Below are positions 44,833-58,905 of a stretch of 64,000 nt of DNA, piece after piece (the first letter of the stretch is position 1; each line of letters starts with the position of its first letter). The stretch spans positions 168,826,001 through 168,890,000 of the forward strand of contig NW_027362773.1 in the NCBI RefSeq assembly GCF_046119375.1, read 5' to 3'. Source of the DNA: Phyllobates terribilis. Taxonomy: Eukaryota. The notes beneath the pieces were generated by a model, which did no database searches, was not told the DNA's origin, and saw nothing but the letters and a program-made list of their open reading frames with translations. The translations under genes were made by a program, and so were the position numbers.

Positions 44833-47800
44833 CACACATGCACCTCAGCAGTGCCTCACACGTGCACCTCAGCAGTGCCTCACACGTGCACCTCAGCAGT
44901 GCCTCACACGTGCACCTCAGCAGTGCCCCACACGTGCACCTCAGCAGTGCCTCACACGTGCACCTCAGCAGTGCCCCACACGTGCACCTCAGCAGTGCCT
45001 CACACGTGCACCTCAGCAGTGCCTCACACGTGCACCTCAGCAGTGCCCCACACGTGCACCTCAGCAGTGCACCTCAGCAGTGCCCCACACGTGCACCTCA
45101 GCAGTGCACCTCAGCAGTGCCCCACACGTGCACCTCATCAGTGTCTCACACGTGCACCTCAGCAGTGCCCCACACGTGCACCTCAGCAGTGCCTCACACG
45201 TGCACCTCAGCAGTGCCCCACACGTGCACCTCAGCAGTGCCCCACACGTGCACCTCAGCAGTGCCTCACACGTGCACCTCAGCAGTGCCCCACACGTGCA
45301 CCTCAGCAGTGCCTCACACGTGCACCTCAGCAGTGCCTCACACGTGCACCTCAGCAGTGCCCCACACGTGCACCTCAGCAGTGCCTCACACGTGCACCTC
45401 AGCAGTGCCCCACACGTGCACCTCAGCAGTGCCCCACACGTGCACCTCAGCAGTGCCTCACACGTGCACCTCAGCAGTGCCCCACACGTGCACCTCAGCA
45501 GTGCCTCACACGTGCACCTCAGCAGTGCCCCACACGTGCACCTCATCAGTGTCTCACACGTGCACCTCAGCAGTGCCTCACACGTGCACCTCAGCAGTGC
45601 CCCACACGTGCACCTCAGCAGTGCCTCACACGTGCACCTCAGCAGTGCCTCACACGTGCACCTCAGCAGTGCCCCACACGTGCACCTCATCAGTGTCTCA
45701 CACGTGCACCTCAGCAGTGCCTCACACGTGCACCTCAGCAGTGCCTCACACGTGCACCTCAGCAGTGCCTCACACGTGCACCTCAGCAGTGCCCCACACG
45801 TGCACCTCAGCAGTGCCCCACACGTGCACCTCAGCAGTGCCTCACACGTGCACCTCAGCAGTGCCCCACACGTGCACCTCAGCAGTGCCTCACACGTGCA
45901 CCTCAGCAGTGCCTCACACGTGCACCTCAGCAGTGCCTCACACGTGCACCTCAGCAGTGCCTCACACGTGCACCTCAGCAGTGCCCCACACGTGCACCAC
46001 AGCAGTGCCTCACACGTGCACCTCAGCAGTGCCCCACACGTGCACCTCAGCAGTGCCCCACACGTGCACCTCAGCAGTGCCCCACACGTGCACCTCAGCA
46101 GTGCCTCACACGTGCACCTCAGCAGTGCCCCACACGTGCACCTCAGCAGTGCCCCACACGTGCACCTCAGCAGTGCCCCACACGTGCACCTCAGCAGTGC
46201 CTCACACGTGCACCTCAGCAGTGTCTCACAAGTGCACCTCAGCAGTGCCCCACACGTGCACCTCAGCAGTGCCCCACAGGTGCACCTCAGCAGTGCCTCA
46301 CACGTGCACCTCAGCAGTGCCCCACACGTGCACCTCAGCAGTGCCTCACACGTGCACCTCAGCAGTGCCTCACACGTGCACCTCAGCAGTGCCTCACACG
46401 TGCACCTCAGCAGTGCCCCACACGTGCACCTCAGCAGTGCCTCACACGTGCACCTCAGCAGTGCCCCACACGTGCACCTCAGCAGTGCCCCACACGTGCA
46501 CCTCAGCAGTGCCCCACACGTGCACCTCAGCAGTGCCCCACACGTGCACCTCAGCAGTGCCTCACACGTGCACCTCAGCAGTGCCTCACACGTGCACCTC
46601 AGCAGTGCCTCACACGTGCACCTCAGCAGTGCCTCACACGTGCACCTCAGCAGTGCCCCACACGTGCACCTCAGCAGTGCCTCACACGTGCACCTCAGCA
46701 GTGCCTCACACGTGCACCTCAGCAGTGCCTCACACGTGCACCTCAGCAGTGCCTCACACGTGCACCTCAGCAGTGCCCCACACGTGCACCTCAGCAGTGC
46801 CTCACACGTGCACCTCAGCAGTGCCCCACACGTGCACCTCAGCAGTGCCTCACACGTGCACCTCAGCAGTGCCTCACACGTGCACCTCAGCAGTGCCTCA
46901 CACGTGCACCTCAGCAGTGCCCCACACGTGCACCTCAGCAGTGCCTCACACGTGCACCTCAGCAGTGCCCCACACGTGCACCTCAGCAGTGCCCCACACG
47001 TGCACCTCAGCAGTGCCTCACACGTGCACCTCAGCAGTGCCTCACACGTGCACCTCAGCAGTGCCTCACACGTGCACCTCAGCAGTGCCCCACACGTGCA
47101 CCTCAGCAGTGCCTCACACGTGCACCTCAGCAGTGCCTCACACGTGCACCTCAGCAGTGCCCCACACGTGCACCTCAGCAGTGCCTCACACGTGCACCTC
47201 AGCAGTGCCTCACACGTGCACCTCAGCAGTGCCTCACACGTGCACCTCAGCAGTGCCTCACACGTGCACCTCAGCAGTGCCTCACACGTGCACCTCAGCA
47301 GTGCCTCACACGTGCACCTCAGCAGTGCCCCACACGTGCACCTCAGCAGTGCCCCACACGTGCACCTCAGCAGTGCCCCACACGTGCACCTCAGCAGTGC
47401 CTCACACGTGCACCTCAGCAGTGCCTCACACGTGCACCTCAGCAGTGCCCCACACGTGCACCTCAGCAGTGCCCCACACGTGCACCTCAGCAGTGCCCCA
47501 CACGTGCACCTCAGCAGTGCCCCACACGTGCACCTCAGCAGTGCCTCACACGTGCACCTCAGCAGTGCCTCACACGTGCACCTCAGCAGTGCCTCACACG
47601 TGCACCTCAGCAGTGCCTCACACGTGCACCTCAGCAGTGCCCCACACGTGCACCTCAGCAGTGCCCCACACGTGCACCTCAGCAGTGCCTCACACGTGCA
47701 CCTCAGCAGTGCCCCACACGTGCACCTCAGCAGTGCCCCACACGTGCACCTCAGCAGTGCCCCACACGTGCACCTCAGCAGTGCCCCACACGTGCACCTC

Positions 47801-50800
47801 AGCAGTGCCTCACACGTGCACCTCAGCAGTGCCTCACACGTGCACCTCAGCAGTGCCCCACACGTGCACCTCAGCAGTGCCTCACACGTGCACCTCAGCA
47901 GTGCCTCACACGTGCACCTCAGCAGTGCCTCACACGTGCACCTCAGCAGTGCCCCACACGTGCACCTCAGCAGTGCCCCACACGTGCACCTCAGCAGTGC
48001 CCCACACGTGCACCTCAGCAGTGCCCCACACGTGCACCTCAGCAGTGCCCCACACGTGCACCTCAGCAGTGCCCCACACGTGCACCTCAGCAGTGCCCCA
48101 CACGTGCACCTCAGCAGTGCCCCACACGTGCACCTCAGCAGTGCCTCACACGTGCACCTCAGCAGTGCCTCACACGTGCACCTCAGCAGTGCCCCACACG
48201 TGCACCTCAGCAGTGCCCCACACGTGCACCTCAGCAGTGCCTCACACGTGCACCTCAGCAGTGCCTCACACGTGCACCTCAGCAGTGCCTCACACGTGCA
48301 CCTCAGCAGTGCCCCACACGTGCACCTCAGCAGTGCCTCACACGTGCACCTCAGCAGTGCCTCACACGTGCACCTCAGCAGTGCCTCACACGTGCACCTC
48401 AGCAGTGCCTCACACGTGCACCTCAGCAGTGCCTCACACGTGCACCTCAGCAGTGCCTCACACGTGCACCTCAGCAGTGCCTCACACGTGCACCTCAGCA
48501 GTGCCCCACACGTGCACCTCAGCAGTGCCCCACACGTGCACCTCAGCAGTGCCCCACACGTGCACCTCAGCAGTGCCCCACACGTGCACCTCAGCAGTGC
48601 CCCACACGTGCACCTCAGCAGTGCCCCACACGTGCACCTCAGCAGTGCCCCACACGTGCACCTCAGCAGTGCCCCACACGTGCACCTCAGCAGTGCCCCA
48701 CACGTGCACCTCAGCAGTGCCCCACACGTGCACCTCAGCAGTGCCCCACACGTGCACCTCAGCAGTGCCTCACACGTGCACCTCAGCAGTGCCCCACACG
48801 TGCACCTCAGCAGTGCCCCACACGTGCACCTCAGCAGTGCCTCACACGTGCACCTCAGCAGTGCCTCACACGTGCACCTCAGCAGTGCCCCACACGTGCA
48901 CCTCAGCAGTGCCTCACACGTGCACCTCAGCAGTGCCCCACACGTGCACCTCAGCAGTGCCCCACACGTGCACCTCAGCAGTGCCCCACACGTGCACCTC
49001 AGCAGTGCCTCACACGTGCACCTCAGCAGTGCCCCACACGTGCACCTCAGCAGTGCCCCACACGTGCACCTCAGCAGTGCCTCACACGTGCACCTCAGCA
49101 GTGCCTCACACGTGCACCTCAGCAGTGCCTCACACGTGCACCTCAGCAGTGCCCCACACGTGCACCTCAGCAGTGCCTCACACGTGCACCTCAGCAGTGC
49201 CTCACACGTGCACCTCAGCAGTGCCTCACACGTGCACCTCAGCAGTGCCTCACACGTGCACCTCAGCAGTGCCTCACACGTGCACCTCAGCAGTGCCCCA
49301 CACGTGCACCTCAGCAGTGCCCCACACGTGCACCTCAGCAGTGCCTCACACGTGCACCTCAGCAGTGCCTCACACGTGCACCTCAGCAGTGCCTCACACG
49401 TGCACCTCAGCAGTGCCTCACACGTGCACCTCAGCAGTGCCCCACACGTGCACCTCAGCAGTGCCTCACACGTGCACCTCAGCAGTGCCCCACACGTGCA
49501 CCTCAGCAGTGCCTCACACGTGCACCTCAGCAGTGCCCCACACGTGCACCTCAGCAGTGCCCCACACGTGCACCTCAGCAGTGCCCCACACGTGCACCTC
49601 AGCAGTGCCCCACACGTGCACCTCAGCAGTGCCTCACACGTGCACCTCAGCAGTGCCTCACACGTGCACCTCAGCAGTGCCTCACACGTGCACCTCAGCA
49701 GTGCCCCACACGTGCACCTCAGCAGTGCCTCACACGTGCACCTCAGCAGTGCCTCACACGTGCACCTCAGCAGTGCCTCACACGTGCACCTCAGCAGTGC
49801 CTCACACGTGCACCTCAGCAGTGCCCCACACGTGCACCTCAGCAGTGCCTCACACGTGCACCTCAGCAGTGCCCCACACGTGCACCTCAGCAGTGCCTCA
49901 CACGTGCACCTCAGCAGTGCCTCACACGTGCACCTCAGCAGTGCCCCACACGTGCACCTCAGCAGTGCCTCACACGTGCACCTCAGCAGTGCCCCACACG
50001 TGCACCTCAGCAGTGCCCCACACGTGCACCTCAGCAGTGCCTCACACGTGCACCTCAGCAGTGCCTCACACGTGCACCTCAGCAGTGCCTCACACGTGCA
50101 CCTCAGCAGTGCCCCACACGTGCACCTCAGCAGTGCCTCACACGTGCACCTCAGCAGTGCCTCACACGTGCACCTCAGCAGTGCCCCACACGTGCACCTC
50201 AGCAGTGCCCCACACGTGCACCTCAGCAGTGCCTCACACGTGCACCTCAGCAGTGCCTCACACGTGCACCTCAGCAGTGCCCCACACGTGCACCTCAGCA
50301 GTGCCCCACACGTGCACCTCAGCAGTGCCTCACACGTGCACCTCAGCAGTGCCTCACACGTGCACCTCAGCAGTGCCTCACACGTGCACCTCAGCAGTGC
50401 CTCACACGTGCACCTCAGCAGTGCCTCACACGTGCACCTCAGCAGTGCCTCACACGTGCACCTCAGCAGTGCCCCACACGTGCACCTCAGCAGTGCCTCA
50501 CACGTGCACCTCAGCAGTGCCCCACACGTGCACCTCAGCAGTGCCTCACACGTGCACCTCAGCAGTGCCTCACACGTGCACCTCAGCAGTGCCCCACACG
50601 TGCACCTCAGCAGTGCCCCACACGTGCACCTCAGCAGTGCCCCACACGTGCACCTCAGCAGTGCCTCACACGTGCACCTCAGCAGTGCCCCACACGTGCA
50701 CCTCAGCAGTGCCTCACACGTGCACCTCAGCAGTGCCTCACACGTGCACCTCAGCAGTGCCCCACACGTGCACCTCAGCAGTGCCTCACACGTGCACCTC

Positions 50801-53800
50801 AGCAGTGCCTCACACGTGCACCTCAGCAGTGCCTCACACGTGCACCTCAGCAGTGCCTCACACGTGCACCTCAGCAGTGCCCCACACGTGCACCTCAGCA
50901 GTGCCTCACACGTGCACCTCAGCAGTGCCCCACACGTGCACCTCAGCAGTGCCCCACACGTGCACCTCAGCAGTGCCTCACACGTGCACCTCAGCAGTGC
51001 CTCACACGTGCACCTCAGCAGTGCCCCACACGTGCACCTCAGCAGTGCCTCACACGTGCACCTCAGCAGTGCCCCACACGTGCACCTCAGCAGTGCCCCA
51101 CACGTGCACCTCAGCAGTGCCCCACACGTGCACCTCAGCAGTGCCCCACACGTGCACCTCAGCAGTGCCTCACACGTGCACCTCAGCAGTGCCCCACACG
51201 TGCACCTCAGCAGTGCCCCACACGTGCACCTCAGCAGTGCCCCACACGTGCACCTCAGCAGTGCCTCACACGTGCACCTCAGCAGTGCCCCACACGTGCA
51301 CCTCAGCAGTGCCCCACACGTGCACCTCAGCAGTGCCTCACACGTGCACCTCAGCAGTGCCTCACACGTGCACCTCAGCAGTGCCTCACACGTGCACCTC
51401 AGCAGTGCCCCACACGTGCACCTCAGCAGTGCCTCACACGTGCACCTCAGCAGTGCCTCACACGTGCACCTCAGCAGTGCCTCACACGTGCACCTCAGCA
51501 GTGCCTCACACGTGCACCTCAGCAGTGCCTCACACGTGCACCTCAGCAGTGCCCCACACGTGCACCTCAGCAGTGCCCCACACGTGCACCTCAGCAGTGC
51601 CTCACACGTGCACCTCAGCAGTGCCTCACACGTGCACCTCAGCAGTGCCTCACACGTGCACCTCAGCAGTGCCCCACACGTGCACCTCAGCAGTGCCCCA
51701 CACGTGCACCTCAGCAGTGCCTCACACGTGCACCTCAGCAGTGCCCCACACGTGCACCTCAGCAGTGCCCCACACGTGCACCTCAGCAGTGCCCCACACG
51801 TGCACCTCAGCAGTGCCCCACACGTGCACCTCAGCAGTGCCTCACACGTGCACCTCAGCAGTGCCTCACACGTGCACCTCAGCAGTGCCTCACACGTGCA
51901 CCTCAGCAGTGCCCCACACGTGCACCTCAGCAGTGCCTCACACGTGCACCTCAGCAGTGCCTCACACGTGCACCTCAGCAGTGCCTCACACGTGCACCTC
52001 AGCAGTGCCCCACACGTGCACCTCAGCAGTGCCTCACACGTGCACCTCAGCAGTGCCCCACACGTGCACCTCAGCAGTGCCTCACACGTGCACCTCAGCA
52101 GTGCCTCACACGTGCACCTCAGCAGTGCCCCACACGTGCACCTCAGCAGTGCCTCACACGTGCACCTCAGCAGTGCCCCACACGTGCACCTCAGCAGTGC
52201 CCCACACGTGCACCTCAGCAGTGCCTCACACGTGCACCTCAGCAGTGCCCCACACGTGCACCTCAGCAGTGCCTCACACGTGCACCTCAGCAGTGCCCCA
52301 CACGTGCACCTCAGCAGTGCCTCACACGTGCACCTCAGCAGTGCCTCACACGTGCACCTCAGCAGTGCCCCACACGTGCACCTCAGCAGTGCCCCACACG
52401 TGCACCTCAGCAGTGCCTCACACGTGCACCTCAGCAGTGCCTCACACGTGCACCTCAGCAGTGCCTCACACGTGCACCTCAGCAGTGCCTCACACGTGCA
52501 CCTCAGCAGTGCCTCACACGTGCACCTCAGCAGTGCCTCACACGTGCACCTCAGCAGTGCCCCACACGTGCACCTCAGCAGTGCCTCACACGTGCACCTC
52601 AGCAGTGCCTCACACGTGCACCTCAGCAGTGCCCCACACGTGCACCTCAGCAGTGCCCCACACGTGCACCTCAGCAGTGCCCCACACGTGCACCTCAGCA
52701 GTGCCTCACACGTGCACCTCAGCAGTGCCCCACACGTGCACCTCAGCAGTGCCTCACACGTGCACCTCAGCAGTGCCTCACACGTGCACCTCAGCAGTGC
52801 CCCACACGTGCACCTCAGCAGTGCCTCACACGTGCACCTCAGCAGTGCCTCACACGTGCACCTCAGCAGTGCCTCACACGTGCACCTCAGCAGTGCCTCA
52901 CACGTGCACCTCAGCAGTGCCCCACACGTGCACCTCAGCAGTGCCTCACACGTGCACCTCAGCAGTGCCCCACACGTGCACCTCAGCAGTGCCCCACACG
53001 TGCACCTCAGCAGTGCCTCACACGTGCACCTCAGCAGTGCCTCACACGTGCACCTCAGCAGTGCCCCACACGTGCACCTCAGCAGTGCCTCACACGTGCA
53101 CCTCAGCAGTGCCCCACACGTGCACCTCAGCAGTGCCCCACACGTGCACCTCAGCAGTGCCTCACACGTGCACCTCAGCAGTGCCCCACACGTGCATCTC
53201 AGCAGTGCCCTACACGTGCACCTCAGCAGTGCCTCACACGTGCACCTCAGCAGTGCCCCACACGTGCACCTCAGCAGTGCCTCACACGTGCACCTCAGCA
53301 GTGCCCCACACGTGCACCTCAGCAGTGCCCCACACGTGCACCTCAGCAGTGCCCCACACGTGCACCTCAGCAGTGCCCCACACGTGCACCTCAGCAGTGC
53401 CCCACACGTGCACCTCAGCAGTGCCTCACACGTGCACCTCAGCAGTGCCTCACACGTGCACCTCAGCAGTGCCTCACACGTGCACCTCAGCAGTGCCTCA
53501 CACGTGCACCTCAGCAGTGCCTCACACGTGCACCTCAGCAGTGCCTCACACGTGCACCTCAGCAGTGCCCCACACGTGCACCTCAGCAGTGCCCCACACG
53601 TGCACCTCAGCAGTGCCCCACACGTGCACCTCAGCAGTGCCTCACACGTGCACCTCAGCAGTGCCTCACACGTGCACCTCAGCAGTGCCTCACACGTGCA
53701 CCTCAGCAGTGCCCCACACGTGCACCTCAGCAGTGCCTCACACGTGCACCTCAGCAGTGCCTCACACGTGCACCTCAGCAGTGCCTCACACGTGCACCTC

Positions 53801-56800
53801 AGCAGTGCCCCACACGTGCACCTCAGCAGTGCCTCACACGTGCACCTCAGCAGTGCCTCACACGTGCACCTCAGCAGTGCCTCACACGTGCACCTCAGCA
53901 GTGCCTCACACGTGCACCTCAGCAGTGCCTCACACGTGCACCTCAGCAGTGCCTCACACGTGCACCTCAGCAGTGCCTCACACGTGCACCTCAGCAGTGC
54001 CTCACACGTGCACCTCAGCAGTGCCTCACACGTGCACCTCAGCAGTGCCCCACACGTGCACCTCAGCAGTGCCCCACACGTGCACCTCAGCAGTGCCCCA
54101 CACGTGCACCTCAGCAGTGCCTCACACGTGCACCTCAGCAGTGCCTCACACGTGCACCTCAGCAGTGCCTCACACGTGCACCTCAGCAGTGCCCCACACG
54201 TGCACCTCAGCAGTGCCTCACACGTGCACCTCAGCAGTGCCTCACACGTGCACCTCAGCAGTGCCTCACACGTGCACCTCAGCAGTGCCTCACACGTGCA
54301 CCTCAGCAGTGCCCCACACGTGCACCTCAGCAGTGCCTCACACGTGCACCTCAGCAGTGCCTCACACGTGCACCTCAGCAGTGCCTCACACGTGCACCTC
54401 AGCAGTGCCTCACACGTGCACCTCAGCAGTGCCCCACACGTGCACCTCAGCAGTGCCTCACACGTGCACCTCAGCAGTGCCTCACACGTGCACCTCAGCA
54501 GTGCCCCACACGTGCACCTCAGCAGTGCCCCACACGTGCACCTCAGCAGTGCCTCACACGTGCACCTCAGCAGTGCCCCACACGTGCACCTCAGCAGTGC
54601 CTCACACGTGCACCTCAGCAGTGCCCCACACGTGCACCTCAGCAGTGCCCCACACGTGCACCTCAGCAGTGCCCCACACGTGCACCTCAGCAGTGCCCCA
54701 CACGTGCACCTCAGCAGTGCCCCACACGTGCACCTCAGCAGTGCCCCACACGTGCACCTCAGCAGTGCCTCACACGTGCACCTCAGCAGTGACCCACACG
54801 TGCACCTCAGCAGTGCCTCACACGTGCACCTCAGCAGTGCCCCACACGTGCACCTCAGCAGTGCCCCACACGTGCACCTCAGCAGTGCCCCACACGTGCA
54901 CCTCAGCAGTGCCCCACACGTGCACCTCAGCAGTGCCCCACACGTGCACCTCAGCAGTGCCCCACACGTGCACCTCAGCAGTGCCCCACACGTGCACCTC
55001 AGCAGTGCCCCACACGTGCACCTCAGCAGTGCCCCACACGTGCACCTCAGCAGTGCCTCACACGTGCACCTCAGCAGTGCCTCACACGTGCACCTCAGCA
55101 GTGCCCCACACGTGCACCTCAGCAGTGCCTCACACGTGCACCTCAGCAGTGCCTCACACGTGCACCTCAGCAGTGCCCCACACGTGCACCTCAGCAGTGC
55201 CTCACACGTGCACCTCAGCAGTGCCTCACACGTGCACCTCAGCAGTGCCTCACACGTGCACCTCAGCAGTGCCTCACACGTGCACCTCAGCAGTGCCTCA
55301 CACGTGCACCTCAGCAGTGCCCGACACGTGCACCTCAGCAGTGCCTCACACGTGCACCTCAGCAGTGCCCCACACGTGCACTTCAGCAGTGCCCCACACG
55401 TGCACCTCAGCAGTGCCCCACACGTGCACCTCAGCAGTGCCTCACACGTGCACCTCAGCAGTGCCTCACACGTGCACCTCAGCAGTGCCCCACACGTGCA
55501 CCTCAGCAGTGCCTCACACGTGCACCTCAGCAGTGCCCCACACGTGCACCTCAGCAGTGCCCCACACGTGCACCTCAGCAGTGCCTCACACGTGCACCTC
55601 AGCAGTGCCTCACACGTGCACCTCAGCAGTGCCTCACACGTGCACCTCAGCAGTGCCCCACACGTGCACCTCAGCAGTGCCCCACACGTGCACCTCAGCA
55701 GTGCCCCACACGTGCACCTCAGCAGTGCCCCACACGTGCACCTCAGCAGTGCCTCACACGTGCACCTCAGCAGTGCCTCACACGTGCACCTCAGCAGTGC
55801 CTCACACGTGCACCTCAGCAGTGCCTCACACGTGCACCTCAGCAGTGCCTCACACGTGCACCTCAGCAGTGCCCCACACGTGCACCTCAGCAGTGCCTCA
55901 CACGTGCACCTCAGCAGTGCCCCACACGTGCACCTCAGCAGTGCCCCACACGTGCACCTCAGCAGTGCCTCACACGTGCACCTCAGCAGTGCCCCACACG
56001 TGCACCTCAGCAGTGCCCCACACGTGCACCTCAGCAGTGCCCCACACGTGCACCTCAGCAGTGCCTCACACGTGCACCTCAGCAGTGCCCCACACGTGCA
56101 CCTCAGCAGTGCCCCACACGTGCACCTCAGCAGTGCCTCACACGTGCACCTCAGCAGTGCCTCACACGTGCACCTCAGCAGTGCCTCACACGTGCACCTC
56201 AGCAGTGCCCCACACGTGCACCTCAGCAGTGCCCCACACGTGCACCTCAGCAGTGCCTCACACGTGCACCTCAGCAGTGCCCCACACGTGCACCTCAGCA
56301 GTGCCCCACACGTGCACCTCAGCAGTGCCTCACACGTGCACCTCAGCAGTGCCTCACACGTGCACCTCAGCAGTGCCCCACACGTGCACCTCAGCAGTGC
56401 CTCACACGTGCACCTCAGCAGTGCCCCACACGTGCACCTCAGCAGTGCCCCACACGTGCACCTCAGCAGTGCCCCACACGTGCACCTCAGCAGTGCCTCA
56501 CACGTGCACCTCAGCAGTGCCCCACACGTGCACCTCAGCAGTGCCCTACACGTGCACCTCAGCAGTGCCTCACACGTGCACCTCAGCAGTACCCCACACG
56601 TGCACCTCAGCAGTGCCTCACACGTGCACCTCAGCAGTGCCCCACACGTGCACCTCAGCAGTGCCCCACACGTGCACCTCAGCAGTGCCCCACACGTGCA
56701 CCTCAGCAGTGCCCCACACGTGCACCTCAGCAGTGCCTCACACGTGCACCTCAGCAGTGCCCCACACGTGCACCTCAGCAGTGCCCCACACGTGCACCTC

Positions 56801-58700
56801 AGCAGTGCCTCACACGTGCACCTCAGCAGTGCCTCACACGTGCACCTCAGCAGTGCCCCACACGTGCACCTCAGCAGTGCCTCACACGTGCACCTCAGCA
56901 GTGCCTCACACGTGCACCTCAGCAGTGCCCCACACGTGCACCTCAGCAGTGCCCCACACGTGCACCTCAGCAGTGCCCCACACGTGCACCTCAGCAGTGC
57001 CCCACACGTGCACCTCAGCAGTGCCCCACACGTGCACCTCAGCAGTGCCTCACACGTGCACCTCAGCAGTGACCCACACGTGCACCTCAGCAGTGCCTCA
57101 CACGTGCACCTCAGCAGTGCCTCACACGTGCACCTCAGCAGTGCCCCACACGTGCACCTCAGCAGTGCCTCACACGTGCACCTCAGCAGTGCCTCACACG
57201 TGCACCTCAGCAGTGCCCCACACGTGCACCTCAGCAGTGCCCCACACGTGCACCTCAGCAGTGCCCCACACGTGCACCTCAGCAGTGCCCCACACGTGCA
57301 CCTCAGCAGTGCCCCACACGTGCACCTCAGCAGTGCCTCACACGTGCACCACCTCAGCAGTGCCTCACACGTGCACCTCAGCAGTGCCTCACACGTGCAC
57401 CTCAGCAGTGCCCCACACGTGCACCTCAGCAGTGCCTCACACGTGCACCTCAGCAGTGCCTCACACGTGCACCTCAGCAGTGCCTCACACGTGCACCTCA
57501 GCAGTGCCTCACACGTGCACCTCAGCAGTGCCTCACACGTGCACCTCAGCAGTGCCCCACACGTGCACCTCAGCAGTGCCCCACACGTGCACCTCAGCAG
57601 TGCCCCACACGTGCACCTCAGCAGTGCCTCACACGTGCACCTCAGCAGTGCCTCACACGTGCACCTCAGCAGTGCCCCACACGTGCACCTCAGCAGTGCC
57701 CCACACGTGCACCTCAGCAGTGCCCCACACGTGCACCTCAGCAGTGCCTCACACGTGCACCTCAGCAGTGCCTCACACGTGCACCTCAGCAGTGCCTCAC
57801 ACGTGCACCTCAGCAGTGCCTCACACGTGCACCTCAGCAGTGCCTCACACGTGCACCTCAGCAGTGCCTCACACGTGCACCTCAGCAGTGCCCCACACGT
57901 GCACCTCAGCAGTGCCCCACACGTGCACCTCAGCAGTGCCCCACACGTGCACCTCAGCAGTGCCCCACACGTGCACCTCAGCAGTGCCTCACACGTGCAC
58001 CTCAGCAGTGCCTCACACGTGCACCTCAGCAGTGCCCCACACGTGCACCTCAGCAGTGCCCCACACGTGCACCTCAGCAGTGCCCCACACGTGCACCTCA
58101 GCAGTGCCTCACACGTGCACCTCAGCAGTGCCTCACACGTGCACCTCAGCAGTGCCTCACACGTGCACCTCAGCAGTGCCTCACACGTGCACCTCAGCAG
58201 TGCCTCACACGTGCACCTCAGCAGTGCCTCACACGTGCACCTCAGCAGTGCCTCACACGTGCACCTCAGCAGTGCCTCACACGTGCACCTCAGCAGTGCC
58301 TCACACGTGCACCTCAGCAGTGCCCCACACGTGCACCTCAGCAGTGCCTCACACGTGCACCTCAGCAGTGCCCCACACGTGCACCTCAGCAGTGCCCCAC
58401 ACGTGCACCTCAGCAGTGCCTCACACGTGCACCTCAGCAGTGCCCCACACGTGCACCTCAGCAGTGCCTCACACGTGCACCTCAGCAGTGCCCCACACGT
58501 GCACCTCAGCAGTGCCCCACACGTGCACCTCAGCAGTGCCCCACACGTGCACCTCAGCAGTGCCTCACACGTGCACCTCAGCAGTGCCCCACACGTGCAC
58601 CTCAGCAGTGCCTCACACGTGCACCTCAGCAGTGCCCCACACGTGCACCTCAGCAGTGCCTCACACGTGCACCTCAGCAGTGCCTCACACGTGCCCCACA
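44833..58700. repeat. 24-bp minisatellite CACACGTGCACCTCAGCAGTGCC(C/T), ~578 copies
   Basis: Near-perfect periodicity with one dimorphic site. Confidence 0.99.
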
Positions 58701-58777
58701 TGTGCCACTCACTTCTTTCATCAGCCGCCTCCATAGACCGGGGTCACATTCTTACACTTGTGAAATGTTTCCCTCAG

Positions 58778-58872
58778 GTTTGTCAGGGTCGACGTCCAGG
58801 CTGGCTCAATCTTCATCGTCTGTGGCATCGTACGTCACGTTGAGGAAGGGCACCACCACCAACTGTTCTAAG
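58778..58872 (+). CDS. PLEKHA7: PLEKHA7 exon (GLSGSTSRLAQSSSSVASYVTLRKG...SK)
   Basis: tttccctcag acceptor, AAG|gtacct donor, 95 nt, phase 1/0. Confidence 0.94.
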
Positions 58873-58905
58873 GTACCTGGGGAAGAGATTGCTAATGCCC
58901 ATGAA

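Noticed and set aside
44833-58700. C/T string as an information-bearing code or programmed diversification system
   Set aside because: The pattern is explained by block duplication of two unit types; no associated RT, recombinase or template is present in the window
44508-58843. 3300-4700-aa ORFs (SAVPHTCT, HVHLSSA, CTCEALLR repeats) resembling mucin or metal-binding proteins
   Set aside because: Intronic 24-bp array between two phase-compatible PLEKHA7 exons; open in four frames simply because the unit lacks stops
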